Assembly (NCBI RefSeq): GCF_009914755.1
Contig: NC_060928.1
Reading direction: 5' to 3' (one strand)
Source: the human T2T-CHM13v2.0 reference genome, Homo sapiens
Length of the DNA stretch: 64,000 nucleotides
Position numbers and translations under genes: made by a program. Positions 13,734 through 24,541 of this stretch are shown piece after piece. A model generated the notes under the pieces. The model was given only the letters and a program-made list of their open reading frames with translations, did no database searches and had not been told where the DNA came from. The first letter of the stretch is position 1. Every line of letters starts with the position of its first letter.

Positions 13734-14600
13734 GTATCCTCTCTGGGTCCCTGGTGCTGGCCCCGTTTCCCTTGTCAACACCGAGGCTCATGTTTCATGA
13801 TAAGGTTTTGAAACCTAACCTTTGCAAAAACCCCACAGATGCCAGGGTGACAGGCCCTCAGCCCCAGGGAAGTAAAATGCTGACAGGGGTACAGAAAGGA
13901 GCACGTCCAGACATTTGCTGACCAGGGCCTCTCAGAGGGGCCGGTGTATGGCAGGAGGGTCGCAGCTGAGGGGCCTTTCTGTGGAGGGCCTGGGTGAGGG
14001 GAGCGAGGGTGGGCGGTGGTCTCTGCAGACGTCCCGCCCACTCGCGGGCTCTGTGTGGCTGGGCTTCTCCTGACACTGCTTCTCATTAGCTTTGGTCATT
14101 GTGCCTCGATCGCCCTCTCGGGGAAACGCTTAAGTAAAGATCCAGTTCCCACCCCCAGATGCTGGCTGCCAGGAGTTTCCCTTTCCACAGCCCTTCCCCA
14201 AGACAGACCACAAGAGCCTCCAAGCAGCACAGTTGTCCTGGTGCTGACAGCACAGCCTTGCCCGGCGTGCCTGGCACGGCTCTGCCCTCACTGCATTGGA
14301 GCAGGGCTAGTGGAGGCCAGCGGAAGCACCGGCCACCAGCGCTGCACAGGAGCCAGGCCAGGTGAGTGCTGCCGAGTGGGTGCCCTGCCTGCAGGGCATC
14401 CAGCCAGCCAAGGGTTGCAGGAATGGAGGTGGAGGCGCTGATGCAGCTGGAGGCATCCAGGTGGCCCTTCCGGGGCTCTGCTCGCTCTCCAGGCTCCCTG
14501 GACCCCTTTGTAGACTGTTTCAGGAGAGGAACTCCCAGGTGAGGACAGGGAGGCAGCATTCCCCTCATTTGCCGGCCTTTTTCCTTAACTCCTGCACCAG
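13734..14600 (+). other. HTT: U12-type (minor spliceosome) GT-AG intron, HTT intron 66, 867 nt
   Basis: Donor GTATCCTC (U12 consensus RTATCCTT); branch site TTCCTTAAC at 14581-14589, 11 nt before the exon start. Confidence 0.9.
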
Positions 14601-14814
14601 CCTCCCACATGTCATCAGCAGGATGGGCAAGCTGGAGCAGGTGGACGTGAACCTTTTCTGCCTGGTCGCCACAGACTTCTACAGACACCAGATAGAGGAG
14701 GAGCTCGACCGCAGGGCCTTCCAGTCTGTGCTTGAGGTGGTTGCAGCCCCAGGAAGCCCATATCACCGGCTGCTGACTTGTTTACGAAATGTCCACAAGG
14801 TCACCACCTGCTGA
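14601..14814 (+). CDS. HTT: Huntingtin exon 67, coding part to stop
   Basis: caccag|CCTCCCA; [70 protein letters not shown]; TGA at 14812-14814. Confidence 0.97.
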
Positions 14815-15389
14815 GCGCCATGGTGGGAGAGACTGTGAGGCGGCAGCTGGGGCCGGAGCCTTTGGAAGTCTGCGCCCTTGTGCCCTGCCTCCACCGAGCC
14901 AGCTTGGTCCCTATGGGCTTCCGCACATGCCGCGGGCGGCCAGGCAACGTGCGTGTCTCTGCCATGTGGCAGAAGTGCTCTTTGTGGCAGTGGCCAGGCA
15001 GGGAGTGTCTGCAGTCCTGGTGGGGCTGAGCCTGAGGCCTTCCAGAAAGCAGGAGCAGCTGTGCTGCACCCCATGTGGGTGACCAGGTCCTTTCTCCTGA
15101 TAGTCACCTGCTGGTTGTTGCCAGGTTGCAGCTGCTCTTGCATCTGGGCCAGAAGTCCTCCCTCCTGCAGGCTGGCTGTTGGCCCCTCTGCTGTCCTGCA
15201 GTAGAAGGTGCCGTGAGCAGGCTTTGGGAACACTGGCCTGGGTCTCCCTGGTGGGGTGTGCATGCCACGCCCCGTGTCTGGATGCACAGATGCCATGGCC
15301 TGTGCTGGGCCAGTGGCTGGGGGTGCTAGACACCCGGCACCATTCTCCCTTCTCTCTTTTCTTCTCAGGATTTAAAATTTAATTATATC

Positions 15390-15395
15390 AGTAAA
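15390..15395 (+). terminator. HTT: Proximal HTT poly(A) signal AGTAAA (short 3'UTR)
   Basis: AGTAAA in an AT-rich island about 580 nt after the stop, followed by U/GU-rich sequence. Confidence 0.75.
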
Positions 15396-17550
15396 GAGAT
15401 TAATTTTAACGTAACTCTTTCTATGCCCGTGTAAAGTATGTGAATCGCAAGGCCTGTGCTGCATGCGACAGCGTCCGGGGTGGTGGACAGGGCCCCCGGC
15501 CACGCTCCCTCTCCTGTAGCCACTGGCATAGCCCTCCTGAGCACCCGCTGACATTTCCGTTGTACATGTTCCTGTTTATGCATTCACAAGGTGACTGGGA
15601 TGTAGAGAGGCGTTAGTGGGCAGGTGGCCACAGCAGGACTGAGGACAGGCCCCCATTATCCTAGGGGTGCGCTCACCTGCAGCCCCTCCTCCTCGGGCAC
15701 AGACGACTGTCGTTCTCCACCCACCAGTCAGGGACAGCAGCCTCCCTGTCACTCAGCTGAGAAGGCCAGCCCTCCCTGGCTGTGAGCAGCCTCCACTGTG
15801 TCCAGAGACATGGGCCTCCCACTCCTGTTCCTTGCTAGCCCTGGGGTGGCGTCTGCCTAGGAGCTGGCTGGCAGGTGTTGGGACCTGCTGCTCCATGGAT
15901 GCATGCCCTAAGAGTGTCACTGAGCTGTGTTTTGTCTGAGCCTCTCTCGGTCAACAGCAAAGCTTGGTGTCTTGGCACTGTTAGTGACAGAGCCCAGCAT
16001 CCCTTCTGCCCCCGTTCCAGCTGACATCTTGCACGGTGACCCCTTTTAGTCAGGAGAGTGCAGATCTGTGCTCATCGGAGACTGCCCCACGGCCCTGTCA
16101 GAGCCGCCACTCCTATCCCCAGGCCAGGTCCCTGGACCAGCCTCCTGTTTGCAGGCCCAGAGGAGCCAAGTCATTAAAATGGAAGTGGATTCTGGATGGC
16201 CGGGCTGCTGCTGATGTAGGAGCTGGATTTGGGAGCTCTGCTTGCCGACTGGCTGTGAGACGAGGCAGGGGCTCTGCTTCCTCAGCCCTAGAGGCGAGCC
16301 AGGCAAGGTTGGCGACTGTCATGTGGCTTGGTTTGGTCATGCCCGTCGATGTTTTGGGTATTGAATGTGGTAAGTGGAGGAAATGTTGGAACTCTGTGCA
16401 GGTGCTGCCTTGAGACCCCCAAGCTTCCACCTGTCCCTCTCCTATGTGGCAGCTGGGGAGCAGCTGAGATGTGGACTTGTATGCTGCCCACATACGTGAG
16501 GGGGAGCTGAAAGGGAGCCCCTCCTCTGAGCAGCCTCTGCCAGGCCTGTATGAGGCTTTTCCCACCAGCTCCCAACAGAGGCCTCCCCCAGCCAGGACCA
16601 CCTCGTCCTCGTGGCGGGGCAGCAGGAGCGGTAGAAAGGGGTCCGATGTTTGAGGAGGCCCTTAAGGGAAGCTACTGAATTATAACACGTAAGAAAATCA
16701 CCATTCTTCCGTATTGGTTGGGGGCTCCTGTTTCTCATCCTAGCTTTTTCCTGGAAAGCCCGCTAGAAGGTTTGGGAACGAGGGGAAAGTTCTCAGAACT
16801 GTTGGCTGCTCCCCACCCGCCTCCCGCCTCCCCCGCAGGTTATGTCAGCAGCTCTGAGACAGCAGTATCACAGGCCAGATGTTGTTCCTGGCTAGATGTT
16901 TACATTTGTAAGAAATAACACTGTGAATGTAAAACAGAGCCATTCCCTTGGAATGCATATCGCTGGGCTCAACATAGAGTTTGTCTTCCTCTTGTTTACG
17001 ACGTGATCTAAACCAGTCCTTAGCAAGGGGCTCAGAACACCCCGCTCTGGCAGTAGGTGTCCCCCACCCCCAAAGACCTGCCTGTGTGCTCCGGAGATGA
17101 ATATGAGCTCATTAGTAAAAATGACTTCACCCACGCATATACATAAAGTATCCATGCATGTGCATATAGACACATCTATAATTTTACACACACACCTCTC
17201 AAGACGGAGATGCATGGCCTCTAAGAGTGCCCGTGTCGGTTCTTCCTGGAAGTTGACTTTCCTTAGACCCGCCAGGTCAAGTTAGCCGCGTGACGGACAT
17301 CCAGGCGTGGGACGTGGTCAGGGCAGGGCTCATTCATTGCCCACTAGGATCCCACTGGCGAAGATGGTCTCCATATCAGCTCTCTGCAGAAGGGAGGAAG
17401 ACTTTATCATGTTCCTAAAAATCTGTGGCAAGCACCCATCGTATTATCCAAATTTTGTTGCAAATGTGATTAATTTGGTTGTCAAGTTTTGGGGGTGGGC
17501 TGTGGGGAGATTGCTTTTGTTTTCCTGCTGGTAATATCGGGAAAGATTTT

Positions 17551-17556
17551 AATGAA
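17551..17556 (+). terminator. HTT: Candidate intermediate poly(A) signal AATGAA
   Basis: Variant hexamer in a U-rich context with downstream GTGTTTCTTT; position would fit a mid-length 3'UTR isoform. Confidence 0.45.
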
Positions 17557-18691
17557 ACCAGGGTAGAATTGTTTGGCAATGCACTGAAGCGTGTTTCTTT
17601 CCCAAAATGTGCCTCCCTTCCGCTGCGGGCCCAGCTGAGTCTATGTAGGTGATGTTTCCAGCTGCCAAGTGCTCTTTGTTACTGTCCACCCTCATTTCTG
17701 CCAGCGCATGTGTCCTTTCAAGGGGAAAATGTGAAGCTGAACCCCCTCCAGACACCCAGAATGTAGCATCTGAGAAGGCCCTGTGCCCTAAAGGACACCC
17801 CTCGCCCCCATCTTCATGGAGGGGGTCATTTCAGAGCCCTCGGAGCCAATGAACAGCTCCTCCTCTTGGAGCTGAGATGAGCCCCACGTGGAGCTCGGGA
17901 CGGATAGTAGACAGCAATAACTCGGTGTGTGGCCGCCTGGCAGGTGGAACTTCCTCCCGTTGCGGGGTGGAGTGAGGTTAGTTCTGTGTGTCTGGTGGGT
18001 GGAGTCAGGCTTCTCTTGCTACCTGTGAGCATCCTTCCCAGCAGACATCCTCATCGGGCTTTGTCCCTCCCCCGCTTCCTCCCTCTGTGGGGAGGACCCG
18101 GGACCACAGCTGCTGGCCAGGGTAGACTTGGAGCTGTCCTCCAGAGGGGTCACGTGTAGGAGTGAGAAGAAGGAAGATCTTGAGAGCTGCTGAGGGACCT
18201 TGGAGAGCTCAGGATGGCTCAGACGAGGACACTCGCTTGCCGGGCCTGGGCCTCCTGGGAAGGAGGGAGCTGCTCAGAATGCCGCATGACAACTGAAGGC
18301 AACCTGGAAGGTTCAGGGGCCGCTCTTCCCCCATGTGCCTGTCACGCTCTGGTGCAGTCAAAGGAACGCCTTCCCCTCAGTTGTTTCTAAGAGCAGAGTC
18401 TCCCGCTGCAATCTGGGTGGTAACTGCCAGCCTTGGAGGATCGTGGCCAACGTGGACCTGCCTACGGAGGGTGGGCTCTGACCCAAGTGGGGCCTCCTTG
18501 TCCAGGTCTCACTGCTTTGCACCGTGGTCAGAGGGACTGTCAGCTGAGCTTGAGCTCCCCTGGAGCCAGCAGGGCTGTGATGGGCGAGTCCCGGAGCCCC
18601 ACCCAGACCTGAATGCTTCTGAGAGCAAAGGGAAGGACTGACGAGAGATGTATATTTAATTTTTTAACTGCTGCAAACATTGTACATCCAA

Positions 18692-18697
18692 ATTAAA
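18692..18697 (+). terminator. HTT: Distal HTT poly(A) signal ATTAAA (long 3'UTR)
   Basis: ATTAAA with upstream TGTA motifs (18649, 18681) and a U-rich tract; downstream GTTGTTGCTGTGTG element. Confidence 0.85.
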
Positions 18698-21412
18698 GGA
18701 AAAAAATGGAAACCATCAGTTGTTGCTGTGTGAGGCTTGCTTTGCTTCATGAGAACCTAGACCTTGCTGAGCTGGAGTCTTAGGAAGCAGTCTCCTAAGT
18801 GCTTCTCCAGCAGGGGCAGAAACTGTCCCACCAGCTAACATCTGGCATTATGGAGGGTCCCCCAGGCAGCTGCCAGCAGGGACAGGCCCCGTGTTTTCTG
18901 TAGCCAGGGATGAGGAAGTGGCCCCAGGGCATGGGCCTGGCTGGGTGCTTCTGCAAGGGCCTTCCCAAACCACAGTACAGGTGGTCTTCCTGCCCTGCAG
19001 ATGGGAGCTGTGGGAGCTGCTGGAGCTGCTGGAGCCTTCATGGTCAAGTGACATCATAAGCTTATATGACATACACAAGCCTCAGGACTTGGCCCATGGC
19101 ACTGAAGCAGGTCATCAGGCCCAGCACAGAGACTAGAGCTGTGTTCTCACAGGGCCCACCACCCTTCCACCTCCTTGGCCATTGACACCTGCGTCCCTGG
19201 CCCAGCTGCTCCCAGGTAACCCCCAAAGCAGCTGGCACATCCCACCTCTGGTGTGGCCGGGGCTGCTGTGTGTCCGCAGGGCCTGCCCCGTCTATTCTAG
19301 CTTGTTTGTCCTGTCTGAACCAGCGCCTACTCCAAGAAGCCTCTGCTCAGCCCAGCGGGGATGCTTCTAAGCTCCGGACGAGCCTCTCGGAAGCCTTGGT
19401 GATTGGTGGTGTAGTCATCTTGGGATGCAGATGTCTTACCAACCTGCAAGAACAAAAACCCTGTGGCTTCCTCTGGTGCAGGGTATTTAGTCAATGTTTG
19501 CTGAGGTCCCGTCTGGTTCTGGCTAATTGGCAGGGGTCGTCCACCCATTCTTTCCCTGCTCTGCTGTCTGTGCCAGGAGAGACGGGGGCCAGTCGGCCAA
19601 GGGGCCAGCTCCTGCTGCCTGCTCCTCTTGGGCACGTGCGGGGGCCCCCTTTCTCTGAGCAGGGATAGGGATCAGTCTGCCGGAGGGATGTGGTGGACAG
19701 GCCTAAAGCATTTGGGGCGGGGCATGCCACTTGAGCTCCCTAAATCTGTCTCCTCATAGGTGACACCGCTCCAGGGCCCCCCAGTGGCCTCTCCTTTCAG
19801 AGCTACCTAAATTCTGGTCACTTCAGAGAAATGGAGCACCCCCTTCTCCCTGGTCCAGGTGTGGACAGCCTGGCACACTGAGCACACCTGGCATGGCTGG
19901 TAATTTCAGAAAGAAGAGGGGCCGGGGTCCAGTGGGAAGCAGCGGTGAACCCCTCGTGAGTGGGCTTTGCAGTCCCTCCCCATGCCACGGCAGAGCTGCC
20001 CTCAACACAGCCTTCCTCTTCCTCATCGGAGAGCACACCCTGTCCCCTTGCCGAGCTGTGCCCTGTGCCTTCGGTGGTATTTGATTTTGGCTGCTACTGG
20101 CTTTGTTGGGATCTGGAAGTCGCTTCCCCTGCGTGGTGCGTGGAGCACTGTAAGTCAGATGAGGGAAGTAGCCAGGGTGAGGTGAGTACCGGGTGGAGCC
20201 GCCACTGAAGGGACTGGGTAGGGGGGCCTTGCCTCTACATGATGTGACACAGCCAACCGAGGACAGAGGAAGCCCCGTTCCTGGGGGTGTGGGGTGCACC
20301 CCTCAGGGAAGCCTGCAGTGGGGCCTGAGGAAAGGCATCCTCCGCGAGCCCACGAGTCTGGTCCATGAGCACCGTGACAGTGTCTGTGGGTAGAGGTGGA
20401 CCCGGCCTTGTGTCATCACCAGGACCTCTTTTGGGAAACCATGTGGACATCGCTTGCGGGTCCCCCAGGCTCTGCAGCCCCAGCAGCCTGGCTGCCTTTT
20501 GGGCAAGTGGCTTGAGCCACAGAGGACCCAGTCCTGTTGCAGCCACATCCTCTGGGGGGGCCCGCCAGTGTGGCCGGCTTTCTCCACCCTACACCAGGCC
20601 TCCAGGTGTCCTGGTCGGGGGTGTCTGGGCCCTGGGTGGGCCCTGTGGACCTGTGAGGTCAGGGTCAGGGCATCACTGGAGGCAGAGGGCTGAAGTTGTG
20701 GGTCTGGGTTCCCCTTGTGTGCACAGGCCCCTGCCCTCCATGCTTGGTCAGGCAGCTACCCCCAAAACTGCTAGGACAGGCTGGTCCTGAGGTGGATCCT
20801 GGCCCCTGTACCCTCTGGACAGCCCACCCGCCCAACCTTCTACCCTGCCCCAGCGGCGGCAGTGTTGGCCACATCCTTCCCCTCCTGGCCCCAATTGCTC
20901 TGGGGAAGTCCAGGCTCCGGAGCCTGCCCAGGGGCCCCCCGTGATTTGGGCCCAGGACTCCACGTGGTTCTCTGCCTTCACCCAAGCCCTGAACTCCTCA
21001 GCTGCCAAATCCCCACCCATCTGCACAGGCTGTGCTCACCACTGCTGCTCCTGGAAGGTGCCCCTCAGTGGGACGCCCACCTCCTCTCTGGGCTTCTGTG
21101 TTTGGGAGCCCTGCTGCCCCCACCCTTGGTCAGTCCCCATGTCCTGCTGGCCTGTCAGGCAGGGCAGAAAATCCACCCAGAAATGCTGAGCAGGATGAGA
21201 GTCTAGTTGGGCCCAGCCTCATTATTTAGAAGGGATGGAGGCCTAGGGAGCATGCTTCTAGCCTGAGCCCAGCAGGGCCCCGCCCATGTCCCAGGTCTGC
21301 ACCAGGGACAGCTCCTGCCGAGGCCTGACCTGCCCCTTCTCCCTCAGGTGCTGCTGGTTGACCAGCCTCTGGCCCTAGGAGACCCCGTAGCGACTGAGGG
21401 TCCCAGCAGGCC

Positions 21413-21428
21413 ATGCAGCTTTGCCAAG
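21413..21428 (+). CDS. MSANTD1: Candidate alternative MSANTD1 first coding segment (MQLCQ-G) within exon 21348-21428
   Basis: Acceptor cctgacc..ccccttctccctcag|, GCCATGC start, donor CAAG|gtacga; phase 1 matches the internal acceptor at 24035/24036, giving 265 aa. Confidence 0.65.
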
Positions 21429-23846
21429 GTACGAGCCCCTCCCCAGCAGGGGACAGATGTGGGGACCCTCCCAGGCAGGAGCAGCTGGGTGCCTGGTGCT
21501 GCCATCTGCTGCCTGCCTGGTTCTTGTCCTCACATTGGAGGTCAGTGTGAGGGCTCTGCCTCGGGAAAGGCCATGGAGCTTGCCCTGTCCAGGGCCTCCC
21601 ATGTGCACTGAGCCTGGGAAGAGAGGGTTGGAGTTGAGCCTTTTACCCTGGGAATGCTGCCTGGAGGATGGTGCGGGTGTGGGGTGGCACCCTGCCAGGC
21701 AGGGCCCTGCCTCCCTGCGCCCACTGGAACTCGGGCAGGCAGGGGTGTAGGTGCCTCCTCTAGAGCCGTCCGGTGGGGGCCCCCGGCAGTGGTGGTGGTG
21801 TCCACTGGCCAGCAGCTGCCCCTTCAGCCAGGACAGTAGGCCTGACGCTGTCCCCAGCAGCTCCAAGGTGGATTTGTGGAAGGGGGTAGAGGGCACGTAG
21901 GGGCCCCATGACCTCCCCAGGGTTCTGGGAGGGCTGTGCCCCCTTAGCCAGCACCATGCTGGGTGATATAGTCAGATCCTGTTACCCCTGTTGTGGAGGT
22001 GAGGAAACAGGTTAGTGGGGAGGACATGACTAAGGTCCATGCTGAGTCGCTAGAGCTGCACCCAGAACCACTGCTGGGACCCCATGCCTTTCTGCTTACC
22101 CCTTGTGCCGGGAGATGCCAAGAGATGCTGGGAGCCAGCCCCACCTCTGCCCTTGGAGTCATGGCTACGGAAAGGGCATTCGGACCGGTCCCTGACCTCA
22201 CCGGGGAGGGCCGAACCCTGTTCCTGAGGAGCCAGGGCTTCCTAGAGGAGGTAGGCCTTCTAGTCACTCCTTCATCTGCAGGCACTCCACAGAGCTCTCT
22301 GTGCCAGCCCCCAGCACGGAGGGCTGACCTTAGTCGAGTGGAGATGCCCCAGTGCCAGGCAGTAGGGATGATGTCTCCTGAGGCCCAGATGGAAGGGACT
22401 GGACTAGTCTCATGGGGCTGATGGTGGGGCCAGGCCTTGACCAGGGACCCAGTGTAGGGGGTGCAGAGACCCCTCTGAGTTCCTCACACATCCCTGGGGC
22501 CCTCCCCATACACTTCCTATCCTGACTGCGGGCAAGAGGGAGCCCCAGTTCGCCTTCCCTATGCTGGGCACCCACAGTGGGGCTGGGCACCCCCGCCATG
22601 CCCCTGCCCTGTCCTTCCCCTGAGAGCCTCGGTCCCACCTCCAAGGTGCCTCAGAGGACAGCAGGGGCAGCGGGCAGAGGCCGAGATGCCTCCTCATTCC
22701 AGGCTCAGCTGCCCTTCTTGGGGCAGCCCACACCTGAGAGTCTCCTGCAGTTGGTCAGGCCTGAGGAGGGCAGGGGGGTGCCTGCTGTCCCTCTGCTGAC
22801 CACAGTGGCATTTAGCCTGGGCACCGCGCCCAGCACAGTCCATGCTGCACAGGTGCCGTGGGCTCCACAGAGCCCTGCCTGACATGCATGTGTTACGTTT
22901 CGGGTGCCGATGCCCTTGGGCGGCACTTCTCCGGGCAGAACCCCCAGGCCACCGCTCCGGTTCCGGTTCCGCTGCATCTGGGGCTCTCGGCAGGCTGTGG
23001 TCCTCCGGCCAGCCTGGGGGCATCTCAGTCCCTCAGCCCCACAGGGGCCTGCCCCGCAGCCTGGGCCTCGAGCCCCGTCTCCGCACGCTGTGCCGAATCT
23101 GGCTGCCCATCAGCTCCCTGCGTACCCAGACTGTGCCCTGCCATGCCCGTGGCTCTTCCCAGGAGTGCCCTGTGGCCTCCCCCTGGCTTGCTGGGCTGAT
23201 TCCCTCCTGTGTCTCAAACAGAGCTCACCTTTGCCATCACTGCTGTCCTCACCGGCCGGTGCCAGAGGCCCGTGTCTGTGTACCCTGTGTCTGCACCTCT
23301 GGGCAGGGCCTGGCTCTGACCAACCCGGGCTTCCAGTGTCCACAGACCTAAGGCCCAGGGCGCCTGGGGGCTGGAGCAAGAGAAGCAAAAGGAGCCAAGG
23401 GTGGGGGTTTGGGGTTCTTGTGAGGGCCCAGCCCCAGGACCCCAGGACCAGGACACCCAGGAGCCCCAGGGCCCAGCCCCAGTTCAGAAGGCAGGGGCCT
23501 TCTGAGGGAGCTTAAGGGTCCCACAGCCCAGGACCCCCACCAGGGCCAGTGGCCAGCGTTGGGGGACTCAGCCTCCTCGTCGCTCGTCCTCTCTGTTTCT
23601 CCCACCTTTTGCCCCCTTTCTCCTTGCCTGTTCCCACCCGAGGCCCCCTCTTGGCCTGCGTGAGCCGGGGCGGCACTGAACTGGGGGCCGATCCGCCTGG
23701 GCGGCGGTGAGAGGCAGGGCCGGGAGCCGGGCCGCTGGGTTTGGGCCTGGCCCGCTCGCCGCAATATTGATGGCCCGTCAGTGCGGCCCTGATTCCTGTG
23801 CTTTCAGTTAAAAGGTTTCTGTTGTTGTAGCTTATGCAGTTGCTCT

Positions 23847-23879
23847 GTTGCTATGGAAACGTGACATCAAAATGACGTT
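23847..23879. promoter_or_regulatory. RFX X-box followed by CRE/ATF-like sites
   Basis: GTTGCTATGGAAAC (23847-23860), TGACATCA (23862-23869), ATGACGTT (23872-23879). Confidence 0.6.
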
Positions 23880-23899
23880 TCCCGTTTAAAAGCTTTTAA

Positions 23900-24541
<642 letters not shown>

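Larger units (their letters stand above)
14815..18716 (+). other. HTT: HTT 3'UTR (long isoform)
   Basis: Runs from the stop to about 20 nt past ATTAAA; length fits the known short and long HTT mRNAs; 3' end approximate. Confidence 0.85.

Noticed and set aside
14362-14814. 150-aa ORF as an independent gene
   Set aside because: It is HTT exon 67 extended upstream into intron 66 from a GTG that is a cryptic donor
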